Shown piece by piece: positions 39,953-53,495 of a stretch of 64,000 nt of DNA; position 1 is the stretch's first letter, and every line of letters begins with the position of its first letter. The notes below the pieces were generated by a model. That model had not been told where the DNA came from. It ran no database searches and saw nothing but the letters and a program-made list of their open reading frames with translations. The position numbers and the translations under genes are program-made. The DNA comes from Octopus vulgaris (taxonomy: Eukaryota). The stretch is from positions 140,306,001-140,370,000 of the forward strand of contig OX597815.1 in assembly GCA_951406725.2 (NCBI GenBank), in the 5' to 3' direction.

Positions 39953-41379
39953 CGTATGTGTATGTGCATACATATACACGCATATTACATTGTATACTGA
40001 TTTGTATTACTTGTTTCCCATGTTGAGTATAAAAATTATAACAATAATATTTACAACAATGTTAATAATAATAATTTTTAATGTTATCGATGTCTGGGGG
40101 AGCCTCAGTGCATTTGTTGAAGTTCTTTTTAAATTAGTGTCATTTTAAAGCTGCATTATATAGGAAACTATAATGTGAATTTATATAATGCAAAATGAAA
40201 CCAGTATACTGCACTCTTCGACTTTATGCAAACCACATGCAAAGCTGAACTGAATGGACGGTTATTGTTGAACTGCCGGTGACTCTATGATATACTCTTA
40301 ATTGAATATTATAGCAAGCTTTAAACCATTTTCCAAAGATGCTGCCTTAATTGCTCCGTTACACGGCAATATATCTCAGATATTAGTTTTATCTGAATAT
40401 CGTATTCTGCTTGAAACGAGATGGAGCTGGAGACTAACGCTGGTTAATGGCAAATAAATAAAACTAGAATGAAGTAGGCTTGGTTTCTACACGGAACAAA
40501 GGAGGAATATATGATGGTAAGTGGCTTAATGTTAAAGGAGCACAACTAAGAGAAACAATAATAATAACAATAATCTATTTACTTAAGTTAAAAACCATTG
40601 AGTGCTTTTGATTTGCATAGATTGGTGAAAATCAATTTCTGGTCGTTGGATATTTCTGTAATTATTTTAACGAGTGATAACCAATATTGAGGGTTATCTT
40701 GCATGATAAAAGCAGCTTGTATGCATGGGTGGACAACTGAAATATTCTATAGATTATTTACATTAATATTCGCAGATTTTTGCGTTACTATAGAACCAGT
40801 TATGTGAGCTGGCATTTAGATAAATATTCATTGCTAATAGTATGGGAATAGACGAGAGCTTTGGCGTCATTCACTAAAGACTCCTATGTATGTATGTATG
40901 TATGTATGTATGTATGTATGTATGTATGTATGTATGTATGTATGTATGTATGTATGTATGTATGTACGTACGTATGTATGTATGTATGTATGTATGTATG
41001 TATGTATGTATGTATGGATGGATGGATGGATATATGTATGTATGTATATATGTATGTATGCATATATGTATGTATGCGTGTGTATGTATGCATGTATGTA
41101 TGTACGTTTATCTACCTATCTATCTATCTCACACACACACATTCGCACACACACACACACACTCTCTCTCTCTATCTCTCTATCTATCAATCTATCGATC
41201 TGTCTATCTATCTAAACCCAGTCCGAGTGGTTATCTGCTGAAAGAAACACATCAGGCTACTTAGTATAAAGAGCTAAAAGAAACTAGGTGCCTGCAGGTT
41301 TTTTGGACTGAGTCTAACAAACAGCATTTCGTTTCGTTTGAGTGCACCATAATGTCTCATAAAATAATATGTCTGTCTG

Positions 41380-41464
<85 letters not shown>

Positions 41465-41937
41465 TTATCTGTCTATCTATCGATCTACCTACATATCTAT
41501 GCATGTATGTATTCCTCTGTGTATATTTGTTTGTCCTGGGTAGGACATTAAAGTGCATCCGGAGATGAGGTTTCAGTTCGGGAGTCCTGGAGTTGTGAGG
41601 AGCGATGCCTGACCCCTTAATCCTTATTACTCCCAACTCTGTTCTGACGAGGAACGGTAGCACCTATCTGGGCCCCCTCTGCCAAGGATGGAGAAAGCTC
41701 CCGTTATTTTTGACAAAGCCGCAAGGAAGGCAGCTCTTCTTGAAGAACGATACTGTGACATAAAACTTGTAGTCAAAATATCTTCCTTTTTGCAATACTT
41801 GTCATTGCAATCTACTATGGTGAGAGAATGCCAAATGTGTTGCACAAGCTCTTGTCACTTAAATTCAGTGACGTACACATGTCTCACTCATAGAGCAAAC
41901 ATCATGTATGTTTGTATGTATATATAAGAATGTAGGG

Positions 41938-42430
41938 TTGAGGTGCAATGGCCCAATGGTTAGGGCAGCGGACTCGCGGTCGTAGGATCGCGGTTTCGAT
42001 CCCCAGACCGGGCATTGTGAGTGTTTATTGAGCGAAAACACCTAAAGCTCCACGAGGCTCCGGCAGGGAGTGGTGGCGAACCCTGCTGTACTCTTTCACC
42101 ACTCTTTCTTCCTGTTTCTGTTGTACCTGTATTTCAAAGGGCCAGCCTTGTCACAGCCTGTATCATGCTGAATCTCCCCAAGAACTACGTTAGAGGTGCA
42201 CGTGTCTGTGGAGTGTTCAGCCACTTGCACGTTAATAAATGAGCCGCGACATCACTGGTGCCAAGCTGTATCGGCCCCTTTGCTTTTCCCCTGGATAACA
42301 TCGGTGGCGTGTAGAGGGAAGGCTGGTATGCATGGGCGACTGCTGGTCTTCCATAAACAACCTTGCCCAGACTTGTGCCTCGGAGGGTAACATTCTAGGT
42401 CATTCATGACCGAAGGGGGTCACACAACAA
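41938..42430 (+). mobile_element. SINE family 3, longer copy
   Basis: gaggtgcaatggcccaatggttagggcagcggactcgcggtcgtaggatcgcggtttcgatccccagaccgggc. Confidence 0.85.
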
Positions 42431-43189
42431 TAAGAATGTAGATGCACAGGAATATATATTTTGTCTTTGATTTAAGCTGTTTTACATAATTATGCTCTTG
42501 CTAATGCGTTTGCATTATAATGTGCGATAATGTGGTATATGCTGGTTATTATGATTTGAAATACACCGCAATGTAATTATGCAGCTGAAGCTCTATTTAT
42601 TTTGTCACAGCTGGCGAATTTATTTTGCTGTCAAAAATTTTTTTCGTAATCTGAGAGGGACAATATTATCATTAAAGTGTATAGATTTTCAAACATAAAA
42701 CTGTGAATATTTTTATGGTATGTCTTTCCGTGTGCGTATATGTCTGTCTGCTCACACTGTGTCTGCTCATACGAATAGAGACACATAAGCTTGTGTGTGT
42801 AATTTCGTGCGAAACTGTAAATAATTATACGTACTTTGGAGCGATGTGTGTTTTAGATTAATACCCCTCTTAAAAAGATCACGTGGTTAGGAAGAAAATT
42901 GCATCATTATGTATCATTACCGTTTGCATGAGCTAATAACTACATCCCATCATTAGGACGCCAACTGTCGGAGCATAGTATTGATCCACGAGTAAATGTA
43001 TTTTCAACAATATTGATCAACTACCTGATAATAGTCCAAAGAAACATTTCTTTTAGTTGATTCAATTTAGCTCTCTCTATATACACAGAATGCCTCTGCC
43101 CATTAGTCGCATCGGAAGTGCGTAGTAAGTAAGTGAAGCGACGGGACTGAAGTTGTCCGATAATGCTTTGTATTAGTATAATTAATTCG

Positions 43190-43415
43190 GCCAAGGTAGC
43201 GAGCTCGCAGAATTGTTAACAGGTCGTGCAAAATGCTCAGCGGTATTCCGTCCATCTTGACGCTCTGAGTTCAAGTTCAACCGCGGTCGATTTTTCCCGT
43301 CATCGTTTCGGCGTTAATAAAATAAGTATCAGTTAAGCAGTATCAGTCAAGTACTTTTGTTGATGCAATCGACTTACCCCGAAATCGTTGGCCTTGTCCC
43401 AAAATTTGAAACCAG
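43190..43415 (+). mobile_element. SINE family 2, diverged
   Basis: ggtagcgagctcgcagaattgtta...ctctgagttcaagttc...aataagtatcagt. Confidence 0.7.
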
Positions 43416-43859
43416 TATAATTAATTCGGTTCATCAATCTTCTGTATCTCAAAACTCAAATCTCGGTGTCATATGTAATAATAGAAAGTAACGCATCCCC
43501 ATACATCAGCACAGACCTTGGAGGAGAAACAAGCGCGCATAACCAAAATAACTAAACTGGCCTGTCTAATTTGCATACAAGTGCATGTGCTGACTTTGTG
43601 AGAAATTTATTTATAACAATCCTATAATTCTATTCAAATAAGATGAACACTTTTAGCCATGTCTAAATTTGGCTATACTACAGTAACAATAAACTACAAA
43701 TCTCATCGAGAATAAATATATATATGCGAGTATTTAGTCAGCGATGAAGTCCAAATAAGTTCAGTAACTAATCGAATTGATTCCAATGATCACCCACGGA
43801 GAAGTAAAATCTGTGAAGTAACCACTTTTAACTAAAACCTCATGTCATTTAATTCTTTA

Positions 43860-44420
43860 TGCCTTTAACCCTCCAACGCGGAGTATAGGCTACTTATAGT
43901 TGTATTCCCTGTCGCATAATTTTGGGCTTTTTACATATACTCTGTCATGAATGTCCCCCTTTCTCTAGCACCTTTTGTGTTGATCTCCGCCACGAGTTCT
44001 TAGGACTACCTCTACTATATCCATCCGGTTTCCAGTGTTAAGCACTATCCGCTACATTCGGTGTGTCTTTCCTAATTGTGCTACCAATCCAGTTCCACTT
44101 TTTCTTAAATATTTGCTTCCTATTCGAAACTTCATTTGTTCTTTGCCATAGCTCCATATTGCTTATGTATTCAGGCCATCTAATTTTAAGTATACTACGC
44201 AAGCAGCTGTTGATGAATGATTGTAATTGGTTATTTGACTTAACTGTTGTTCGCCATGTCTCAGCCCCATACAATAACACCGCTTTTACGTTAGTGTTAA
44301 AAATTCCTATTTTGTTCTTTATTGAAATTACCCTTGCGCTCCATACTTTCTTTAACAGGTGAAAAGCGGTCCTTGCCTTACTTATTCTCGTCTTAATATC
44401 CTCGTTGGTGCCGCCTAAAA
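43860..44420 (-). mobile_element. RTE-clade LINE 3' remnant (post-RT region; ORF 44038-44439)
   Basis: GGTNEDIKTRISKARTAF..LKKVW....ISIKNKIGIFNTNVKAVLLYGAETW...LQSFINSCLRSILKIRWPEYISNMELWQRT...KWNWIG. Confidence 0.9.
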
Positions 44421-44724
44421 ACCTCATGTTATTAAACATAAAATTTTATTTCAAAATATTCTAAAATTGAATATTGCGTTATTAATACAGTCAATCATAC
44501 ACATAGAATCAGCAGTTTCTTCTCACACAAGGCAATATCTCACAAAGTATTTGAGGTATCAGTATTAATGTAAAAATTTATGACAAAATTTATCTCATAA
44601 GAAATGACGGCAAATATACTCAAGATTAATCCCAGCTGCCACCAGCTGTCGAATAAGGCACAAATAATTTACACCAACTCTTCTTAAATAAATGAAAAAA
44701 AGGAAAAGAAGATGGGAAAAGGAA

Positions 44725-44960
44725 CTAGATATCACCTGCCTACGAGAGCGGGCAGACTATGAAAGAGTGGTGCTAGAGAAGTGAAATTTTGCATGCATAA
44801 ATTTAACATTTCTTATTAATAACTGCATTGTTTCTTCCACGTAACCTAATATCTCAAAAGTGGCTAGTAAAGACGCTTGAAAATCAACAAAATTTGGCAT
44901 CGTGAGGTTATCAAGCACCTGCATACTTATTTTTGTAAACCCCCCCCCCACTTATTTTTG
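44725..44960 (-). mobile_element. Helitron-like 3' end fragment
   Basis: CTAG at 44725-44728 with adjacent hairpin CCTGC...GCGGG; the 5' boundary is unclear. Confidence 0.4.
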
Positions 44961-46090
44961 TAAACACCGCCCCCACACACACACGAAATTCCTCCTCGTA
45001 TAATGATATTGCTTTCATTTTGTGATAGACAACTATCACGCAAAAAATGCCAACTTCTATGTCCTGCTTTAGGTGAAAATGATGAGGTAAAAATGGTTAA
45101 ACTTTAAACCTCAGTAACATTTTTCTGCAATGGGTATGTATGTATGTATGTATGTATGTACGTACGTATGTATGTATGTATGTACGTACGTATGTATGTA
45201 TGCATGTATGTATATATGTATGCATGTATGTACGTTTGTATGCATGCATATATGTATCTATGTATGTATGTATATACGTACGTATGTATGTAAGTATGTG
45301 TGCATGTGTGTCATCTGTTATCAACTTACCCCGTCTCTCCTTAAAGCTACGTTTTTGCCACACCTGTTTCTCTTCATGGGCGTTTTAGAAGTTACTTTTG
45401 TGTATGTGTATGTGTGTCTGCATTGTTTATATGTGTGTGTTGGTGTGTTTGTGCTTGTGTGTTTGTGTGTGTGTTTGTGTGTGTGTGTGTATTTACGAAA
45501 ATATGTATGCAGCGTCGCGTGTATATTTCTGAAATCGAGATCAGGTGTTACTCTCCCCTTTTTGACCCCGCATATTTTGAATCTCAACTTTTGTTTTTAC
45601 TACTGAATCAAATTTCACGTTTTGCAGCTCAAAATGTAGGTTAGAATGTGAACAATCTAAAAATGCATAAAATCATCAAATTTAGTAAAAACCTGAATTG
45701 GGCACGAAGTGTAGAAGTGGTCGCGAATGAATAAATGTTGACCTTCAGTATATCATTCACACACTGCCTTGTGTGGATTATATTTATCACAATATATATT
45801 TATCACAATATAGTGTATTCTATGAATATGAGGTAGATATTTGCAAGATACTTAAAATACTGAATTGAATGAAACATTTAGCAATATAGGTGTCATCAAA
45901 TCCCGAGGGGAGGGAAGTTGATTACATCGACCTCAGTGTTCAGCAAATGCTCATCTTATCGAGTACCGAAAAAAAAAAAAATAAATGGCAAAGAGGAATT
46001 TGAATTCAGAATGTAGAGACAGACGAAATGCTGCGAAGCTTTCACCCTGCGTGCTAACGACTCTGCAAGATCATCATCTTAGTACTGTAA

Positions 46091-46257
<167 letters not shown>

Positions 46258-46289
46258 GTGTGCAGCCCTGTGTGGCTAATAAAGAAACA

Positions 46290-46352
<63 letters not shown>

Positions 46353-48297
46353 AACAAAAGATGTGTCTGTGTGTGTCTCTGTGTTTAGTACGCATGTATT
46401 TCTACAGTTTTCAACCGATGTTCACCAAACTTTACACTTTACACACATATTACTTATGTGCATTATAGCATTTTGCCCAGAACTCCCGTGTAATGCAAGA
46501 AACCAACTAAGAAAAAAGGTGTTTCACATGGGTGTTTCTCTAAAAACTGCAGTTTTCAAACGATTCCTTTCCTTTGACTTCTGCAGTTTTCAAGCCATTC
46601 TCCCCGTTTTCTCTCTCTGTTTATTTATTCTCTTTTCTTTCCTCACTTTCACTCTCTACAATACTTCCTCTCTTTAAGTCTATGCCTGTTTCTTTCACAC
46701 ACACTCTCAGTGTAAACTTTTTGCGCTCCGTATATTTAAATACACTATTTACATTTCTCTCTCAATCGAAAACTTGTGATACAGCCAATAAGCCTTCATT
46801 ATTAACCAATGACAATTCAAGCACGCCACTGAGCGTTCATGCGTCAGAAAAAATATCCTAAAGTGGCTCAAGTTTTTTCGATCAAGCTGGTTTCTTCTAC
46901 AGCTTTATACGCTGAAATGGGGTTTGTAATTTCTGTCTACAAATTTACTTCCTTGTATGATATAATACTATTTCACTTTCATTCTTTCACTTTTAATTCT
47001 AATGTAATGAGACTATAATATTGTTTTACTTATGCATGTGTGTGTTTGCGCGTTAGATACGAGTGTATGTATGCGTATCGTCACATTTTGTGTATGAATG
47101 TGTATGTGCCTGTGAGTGTATGTGTGTGTGTTTGCGCTCCCGTTACGTACGTTATTAAACACATACATCTACACATACGTATATATATGTAACGAGAACT
47201 GCTGGAGGTGAAACTCTTGACAAAAAAGCAATTACATGGATGGTCCAAGTTATATAAAAAGAAACATATCTAGCGTTCAATTAACGGTACATAATTATCG
47301 CAGCAGTTGCTGGATTGCAAGGCATTTATAATTTGCTTATATTTTGTTAATTTATACTGCATACAAAAATATAGACATGCTACATACATACAGCTGCTTA
47401 TAAAAATAGAGATTAATGTATATTTTTTCTATGTTCATAATGTTTTGTTTGAAATATTGAAAAAATATGCCACCAAAGAAAAAATGTAATGCAAAGAGGA
47501 GTGAAGAAAACCGAAGGCGTAAGTCTCAAGAGATAAAGGACATGAGACTTTCTCAAGATCAGCAAAGGTATGCTGCAGTACGTCAGATAGAGTCTCAATA
47601 TTGAAGGGACATGACACTTTCCAAAGATCATCAAACGCATACTGCAGCACGTCAAATACAGAGAAGGGAGATGAGACTCTCTCAAAATCAGCAAGCGGCA
47701 TGATGCAGCACATCAGATGGAGTCTCAAGAGAGAAGGGAGATTACACTTTCCCAATATTAGAAAAGCATGCTGTGGCACTTAATGCTGAATCATTAAAAC
47801 AACGTTTAAGCACGCCAGATTACACAGATGTCCAATAGAATAGCTCTCAGAAACAGACCACGTACAAATTCGCTTTTCACCACACCTGCAGCTGCTTTCA
47901 GATATGATCCATCCTATTCTTACAAAAATGATAATTCTACCCAAATTGGTGTGCTATACTAAAATTGTCGTTTATGCAAAGCTTCAAAATTTACTCCACA
48001 AATGTTTTGTCGTCAACATTGCTCTTTCCTGTATCACCTCTTTCAACATAAGTGCAACATATATATATATATATATAAGGTTAATCCAAACGGGAAAACA
48101 GAAAAAAACAACAACACGTGGAACAATTACAGTATTATTATTATTAGGCGCTCAGGAAAATGGAAGAAGGAGGGTATGACGTTTCGAGCGGAGCTCTTCG
48201 TCGGAAACATAAGAGAAAGAAAGAAAGATCCCGAGACGGGAGGACAGAGGAAAAAAAATTGCAGGTCGTCTTCACGAGGTCACATACTTCACGAGGT

Positions 48298-48373
<76 letters not shown>

Positions 48374-48502
48374 TTCAGCAAAATTTAGATTCAGATGAAT
48401 ATGGTACTTAAGTCAAATTCACCAGAATTTTGTATGATATTATCCATATAAATCCATGGGGTGATTATTTTCAAAATAAGCAACAAGTTTTTCCGAGGTA
48501 AT

Positions 48503-48588
48503 GTGGTACGATCGTTTCATGCTACTTCACTTTATTAAACACAGTAAGTATTACATCAGTTTTAAAATGTCGAACAATCTTCAGCCAC
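48503..48588 (-). ncRNA. Type I hammerhead ribozyme motif with long stem II
   Basis: Minus strand: GUGG-CUGAAGA-U UGUU...AGCA U-GAAA-CGAUCG-UA^-CCAC. Intact core, GUA triplet, fully palindromic ACGAUCGU stem III and 4-bp stem I. Confidence 0.7.
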
Positions 48589-49099
48589 TTATAGAAATTT
48601 TCCAATTAAACGGACAATGCACATTCTTATCTCTATTTCGTTTGCCAACATTATAAAGAGGGTAGATATACAGACAGAGAGGTTGATTTCATTCTTAAGA
48701 ACATGATAGTATTAAATTTACTCTCTGACTGTAGATTTTTTTAATTTTGTTATTTAGATCTGTCAGTGGGGAGGGGGATTCTATTTTTGGTTGGATGGAG
48801 ACAAAGAATTTTTCTATTAATAGATATAGGAAGGGGTAGAAACAAATGTCAAAACCAATAAACCTATTCCTATTCTGAGGAACCCATCCCAGATACATTT
48901 GAATGCACTAAGCAAAAAGTTAGTATATTGAAGTTAGAGGGGTGGGGGAAGATAGACTATTAGTGTTCCAGAGGTTTTAATGTCTACTACCATTTGACAT
49001 CCACATTCTATATTAAGAAATTTAAGTAAATATTCCTTAGACAATTTCCTAAAAGATTTCAGTAAACATTAGTATCTTATATATGGATAGAAAATATAG

Positions 49100-49475
49100 A
49101 AATCATTTCATATTTATATAAATATATATCCATTTCCATTAATATATAATCATAATTAGCTAGTAAGTGGTGATTATTTTAATGAGTTGAATTAAAAGAA
49201 AATGTTAGGCATAATATTTACTAACCGTGGAAAAAACCTTATTAATTTAGTACATATATTAGGAGTGAATACGATATATTAAAAAAATAATGGAAGGGAA
49301 GTAATCAACATGAACCAAGTAATTTCTCTAGGTATATAGAATTATTTGCGATTATTTCATATTTATATATCCCCGTTTCCATTAATATAGAATCATAATT
49401 AGCTAGTAAATGGTGATTTATTTTATTAATGTCGAATTAAAAGAATATGTTAGACATAATGTTTACTACCCGTGT
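49100..49475 (+). repeat. Direct duplication (~130 bp, ~250-bp offset) inside a TA-flanked insertion
   Basis: atttcatatttatata...tttccattaatata.aatcataattagctagtaa.tggtgatt...aattaaaagaa.atgttag.cataat occurs twice. Confidence 0.8.
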
Positions 49476-49954
49476 ATATATATATATAAGAATGAATGTT
49501 TTTATATATAATGAACGTGAAACACAGGAAGGGACGAACACGGAACACAGACAAATCATTCGAAGCCTTCAATCTTCAGTCAGACACCGAACCATCATAG
49601 CAAATTTCGGCTGTTCAATTCTGATATTTGCTCCAACTCGGCCAGCCCCAAGAAAAAAAACTAAGCTGTAAACATTAGATTTCTTGGTAGAAGACAAGAA
49701 TGTGAACGCACAAGACGGATGTAAACACAAGAGACGAAAACGAAATTGAAAACGGTAATGAACAAACAAAACATATATAACGGTGGTTGTCATACGACTT
49801 TAGACCAAATGAGACAGAAACAACAACAACATATATATATACGCAAACTATGCCGTTTTAATACCGAGCAACGCCAGGTATCTCTGCTACTAAGTAATAA
49901 TATTACATGAAAATTGTTGTAAGCACTTTTGGCACATTTAGCTTATATTTTTTT

Positions 49955-50380
49955 CTTTGAATTGTTTTAGTTATTTGACTGCGGCCATTCAGGAGCGCCG
50001 CCTTTAGTCGAGCAAATCGACCCCAGAGCTCATTCTTTGTAAACCTAGTACTTATTCTATCGGTCTCTTTTGCCGAACCGCTAGGTTACGGGGATGTAAA
50101 TACACTAGCATCGGTTGTCAACCGATGTTGAGAGGACAAACACATACACACAAACACACACACGCACTATATATTGTATATATATATACACACACATACA
50201 TATATATACACATATACGACAGGCTTCTTCCAGTTTCTGTCTAACGAATATATTCAGAAGGCTTAGGTCGGCCCGAGGCTATAGTAGAAGACACCTGCCC
50301 AAGGTGCCACGCATTGGGACTGAACCCATGACCATGTGGTTGGTTAGCAAGATACTTATCATACAGCCACTCCTGTGCCT
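49955..50380 (-). mobile_element. SINE family 1
   Basis: Homologous to 12007-12413. Confidence 0.9.
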
Positions 50381-50919
50381 ATATAAAAACTTTTTCATTT
50401 TGAATATTTTTTTGAAAATATTAGCACCATGACTCTCGTCTTGATGACTTCTATCATATGAGCTAAACAAAAACAAAATGTTTTGGTTTTGAATTGGCTT
50501 TCAAGCGTTACCACTGTTTCCGACACATTTGGCCACAGTAGTTTATTCATTTATTTATTTTTTCGATATATTTAGCATCAAGGGATTCCTGTAGTCGAGA
50601 TGTATCAGAAAAGTTAAATTGAAATACGGTTTTCTTTTGAAAGAATAATAATATTTGGAGTCAAATTCGATTTCAGGCGTTAATCATTTTTCTCCCGTTG
50701 GTTTTTAAATCAATACACTTTTTCTATTGAATATTTTCGCATATAACTAACATACATAGATTACTGTAATCGAGATCTATCATATAAGCTAAAATGAAAT
50801 ATAGATTTATTTGAAAAAAGAAAATATTTGAACTTAAAGTCGATCAGGTGTTACTCTACCTTTTTGGACCTCATATATTTTACTGAAGCTTTTTTCTGCC
50901 GAAGCAATTTTCCTCCTCC

Positions 50920-50954
<35 letters not shown>

Positions 50955-51316
50955 TCCACTACCACAACCAACACTATCATCGACCCCCACTACTATCAAC
51001 ATCCTATCAACACCATCATAGTAAAATACATTACCACAACATGAGGACAAATATCCATGTAAATGTAAATAATATAAATTATGTACATAATTCCCATCTC
51101 TTAGATATAATTTCGGGGAATGGGGAAATCTGATTACATCGACCCCAGTTCTCAAACTGGTACTTATTTAATCGACTCGACCTCAGAACGTAAAGCCAGA
51201 CGAAATTGAAACAATGATTCTGCTAGATCGCCGCCCTAAGAAGTGAATAAATATTTTGTAATATATACATAAACGTGAATGAACATAGTATTACAGACTT
51301 AAAAGGGAAACTACTA

Positions 51317-51877
51317 TAGTTATATATACCCAGAACCACGCTAATAGCTTAGGAGTGAAATTTAGGATTTCTCGGTTTTCTGTGAATCGAATTTGATAAA
51401 TCTTTTCCCAGATGGCTTGCCCACATGATAATACAATTGTTATGGTTTCATTATTCTGTGTAACGCCCTTTTATTTTGATTTCAGATTCTTCAGATTTTG
51501 GGTGAACCATGCTAATAGTGTCTCGCCTCTCTAACAACAATAAGGACGTGGAAAAAAAAAGCGTTAACAATGAAGAAAAGTCTGTCGTCATCAAGGAAAG
51601 TACTAAAAGCACCTCTCTTCATGTCATTGTGACACGGGTAGATGATTCTTGGAAGAAACGGATCGATTGTGGGATCTCAAAGACTGTAGCCCCAAAACTA
51701 AAGAATCTGAAATAAAAAAAAGAAAGGACATTACACAGAATAATGAAAACATAACAATGGTGTTTTCATGGTGTGAAAACCATCTGGGAAAAGTTTTATG
51801 GAAATCGATCCTCGAAAAACCGAGAAATCCTAAATTTCACTCCTAAGCTATTTGCGTGGTTCTGGGTTTATATACTA
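51317..51877. mobile_element. MITE/fold-back element with ~185-bp imperfect TIRs and ~185-bp spacer
   Basis: acccagaaccacgctaatagcttaggagtgaaatttaggatttctcggtttt... (51317-51502) mirrors ...aaaaccgagaaatcctaaatttcactcctaagctatttgcgtggttctgggt (51691-51877). Confidence 0.85.
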
Positions 51878-52275
51878 AAATGGATTCGCTGTATTTATCC
51901 TGCAGTAAAGATATAAATGAGATCTCATTAGTGATAGGTTTTAAGAACACCGCAACAGAAGGTGCCCATAAGAAGATAAACACAGACTCTATAATGACCC
52001 TGGAGATGCCCTGCCGACTGTTCGAATGCTTGCGGGATTGTATTAGATAGCTTGAACGAGCTGCGCAAAATCGAAGTGAACTTTTCCAGATAATATTTTA
52101 TCAATACCTGTGAGATAAAAGGAAATGTTTACGAAGCAATCGGGGAGCGTCTGCATGATTGATCGATCTGCTAACATTACGAGTCAAATTATTCTCGAAT
52201 AACATCCTTCTATAAAATACAAAGATTCATGAGATACTGCAACCACACAAATACATACATATATATATATATATG

Positions 52276-52340
<65 letters not shown>

Positions 52341-52384
52341 GGGGGGGCAGAGAGGGGGCGGGAGAGAGAGAGAGAGAGAGGTGG

Positions 52385-52709
52385 AGGCGTTGCTATGTGT
52401 TAAGAAGCTTGGTTCCAAAACAGGTGATTCTGGATTCAGTCCCACTGTGGGAAACTGAAAGAAGCTTGGCACACACACATACATAAATATATATATGGGT
52501 GTATGTGTGTGTACATGTGTGTGTGTCTGTGTGTGTGTTCACCACCGCTTGACAACCGGTATTTACATCCCCATACCTTAGCCGTTCGACAAAAGGACCC
52601 GATAGTATATGTACCGGGGTTTAAAAAATGCGAGTTGATTCTTTCGACTAAAATGTCTTCAAGGCAGTGCCCCCAGCATCGCTGCAGTCTAATGAGTGAC
52701 GTAAGTGAA

Positions 52710-52710
<1 letters not shown>
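52385..52710 (+). mobile_element. SINE family 1, diverged and internally deleted
   Basis: ggattcagtcccactg...gcttgacaaccg...ccccagcat. Confidence 0.7.
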
Positions 52711-52807
<97 letters not shown>

Positions 52808-53099
52808 ATATCAGATAATAAGACAGGATCGGCATGCTTGGAAAGGCTTTAGATTTGAATCGGGTTTATTATCCACTATTATCACTACCATCATCACCAT
52901 CAACATCACCACAATCAGCAACAAAAATATTGACAACATCAACTTCACTACCAACATAAGTTGAAGCAAAAATATATATCGTTCCGATTATGTCAAACTG
53001 TCGTATGTCCAAATTTATTTTTGCTTGCAATAGCTAATTCTTTTGGCCAAACTATCGTATCTACAGCTAATTCGGATGCCAAGATATCAAAAATTTTCA

Positions 53100-53495
53100 G
53101 TGGCTGTGTGGTAAGTAGCTTGCTAACCAACCACATGGTTCTGGGTTCAATCCCACTGCGTGGCATCTTGGGCAAGTGTCTTCTGCTATAGCCCCGGGCC
53201 GACCAATGCCTTGTGAGTGGATTTGGTAGACGGAAACTGATAGAAGCCCGTCGTATATATGTATATTTATGTGTATGTATGTGTGTGTGTTTGTGTTTGT
53301 CCCCCTAGCATTGCTTGACAACCGATGCTGGTGTGTGTTTACGTCCCCGTCACTTAGCGGTTCGGCAAAAGAGACCGATAGAATAAGTACTGGGCTTACA
53401 AAGAATAAGTCCCGGGGTCGATTTGCTCGACTAAAGGCGGTGCTCCAGCATGGCCGCAGTCAAATGACTGAAACAAGAAAAAGAGTAAAGAGAGA
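53100..53495 (+). mobile_element. SINE family 1, young copy
   Basis: gtggctgtgtggtaagtagcttgc...ccagcatggccgcagtcaaatgactgaaacaag. Confidence 0.92.

Larger units (their letters stand above)
46348..49890 (+). mobile_element. Deletion-derivative Helitron with Rep-helicase N-terminal remnant and nested insertions
   Basis: 5' A|TCTATAACAAAAG-tgtgtctgt. From ~47891 it translates AAFRYDPSYSYKNDNSTQIGVLY*NCRLCKASKF, resembling Helitron N-terminal AF.YDP..IG..C..C.A.KF, preceded by ~66-bp charged repeats. 3' hairpin ACCGAGC-AAC-GCCAGGT + CTAC|T. Confidence 0.6.

Noticed and set aside
49545-49650. CUGAAGA and CCGAAA on the minus strand
   Set aside because: The order and pairings do not give a coherent hammerhead.
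50828-51133. His-rich 101-aa ORF
   Set aside because: Derived from a (CAT)n microsatellite and ends in a SINE.
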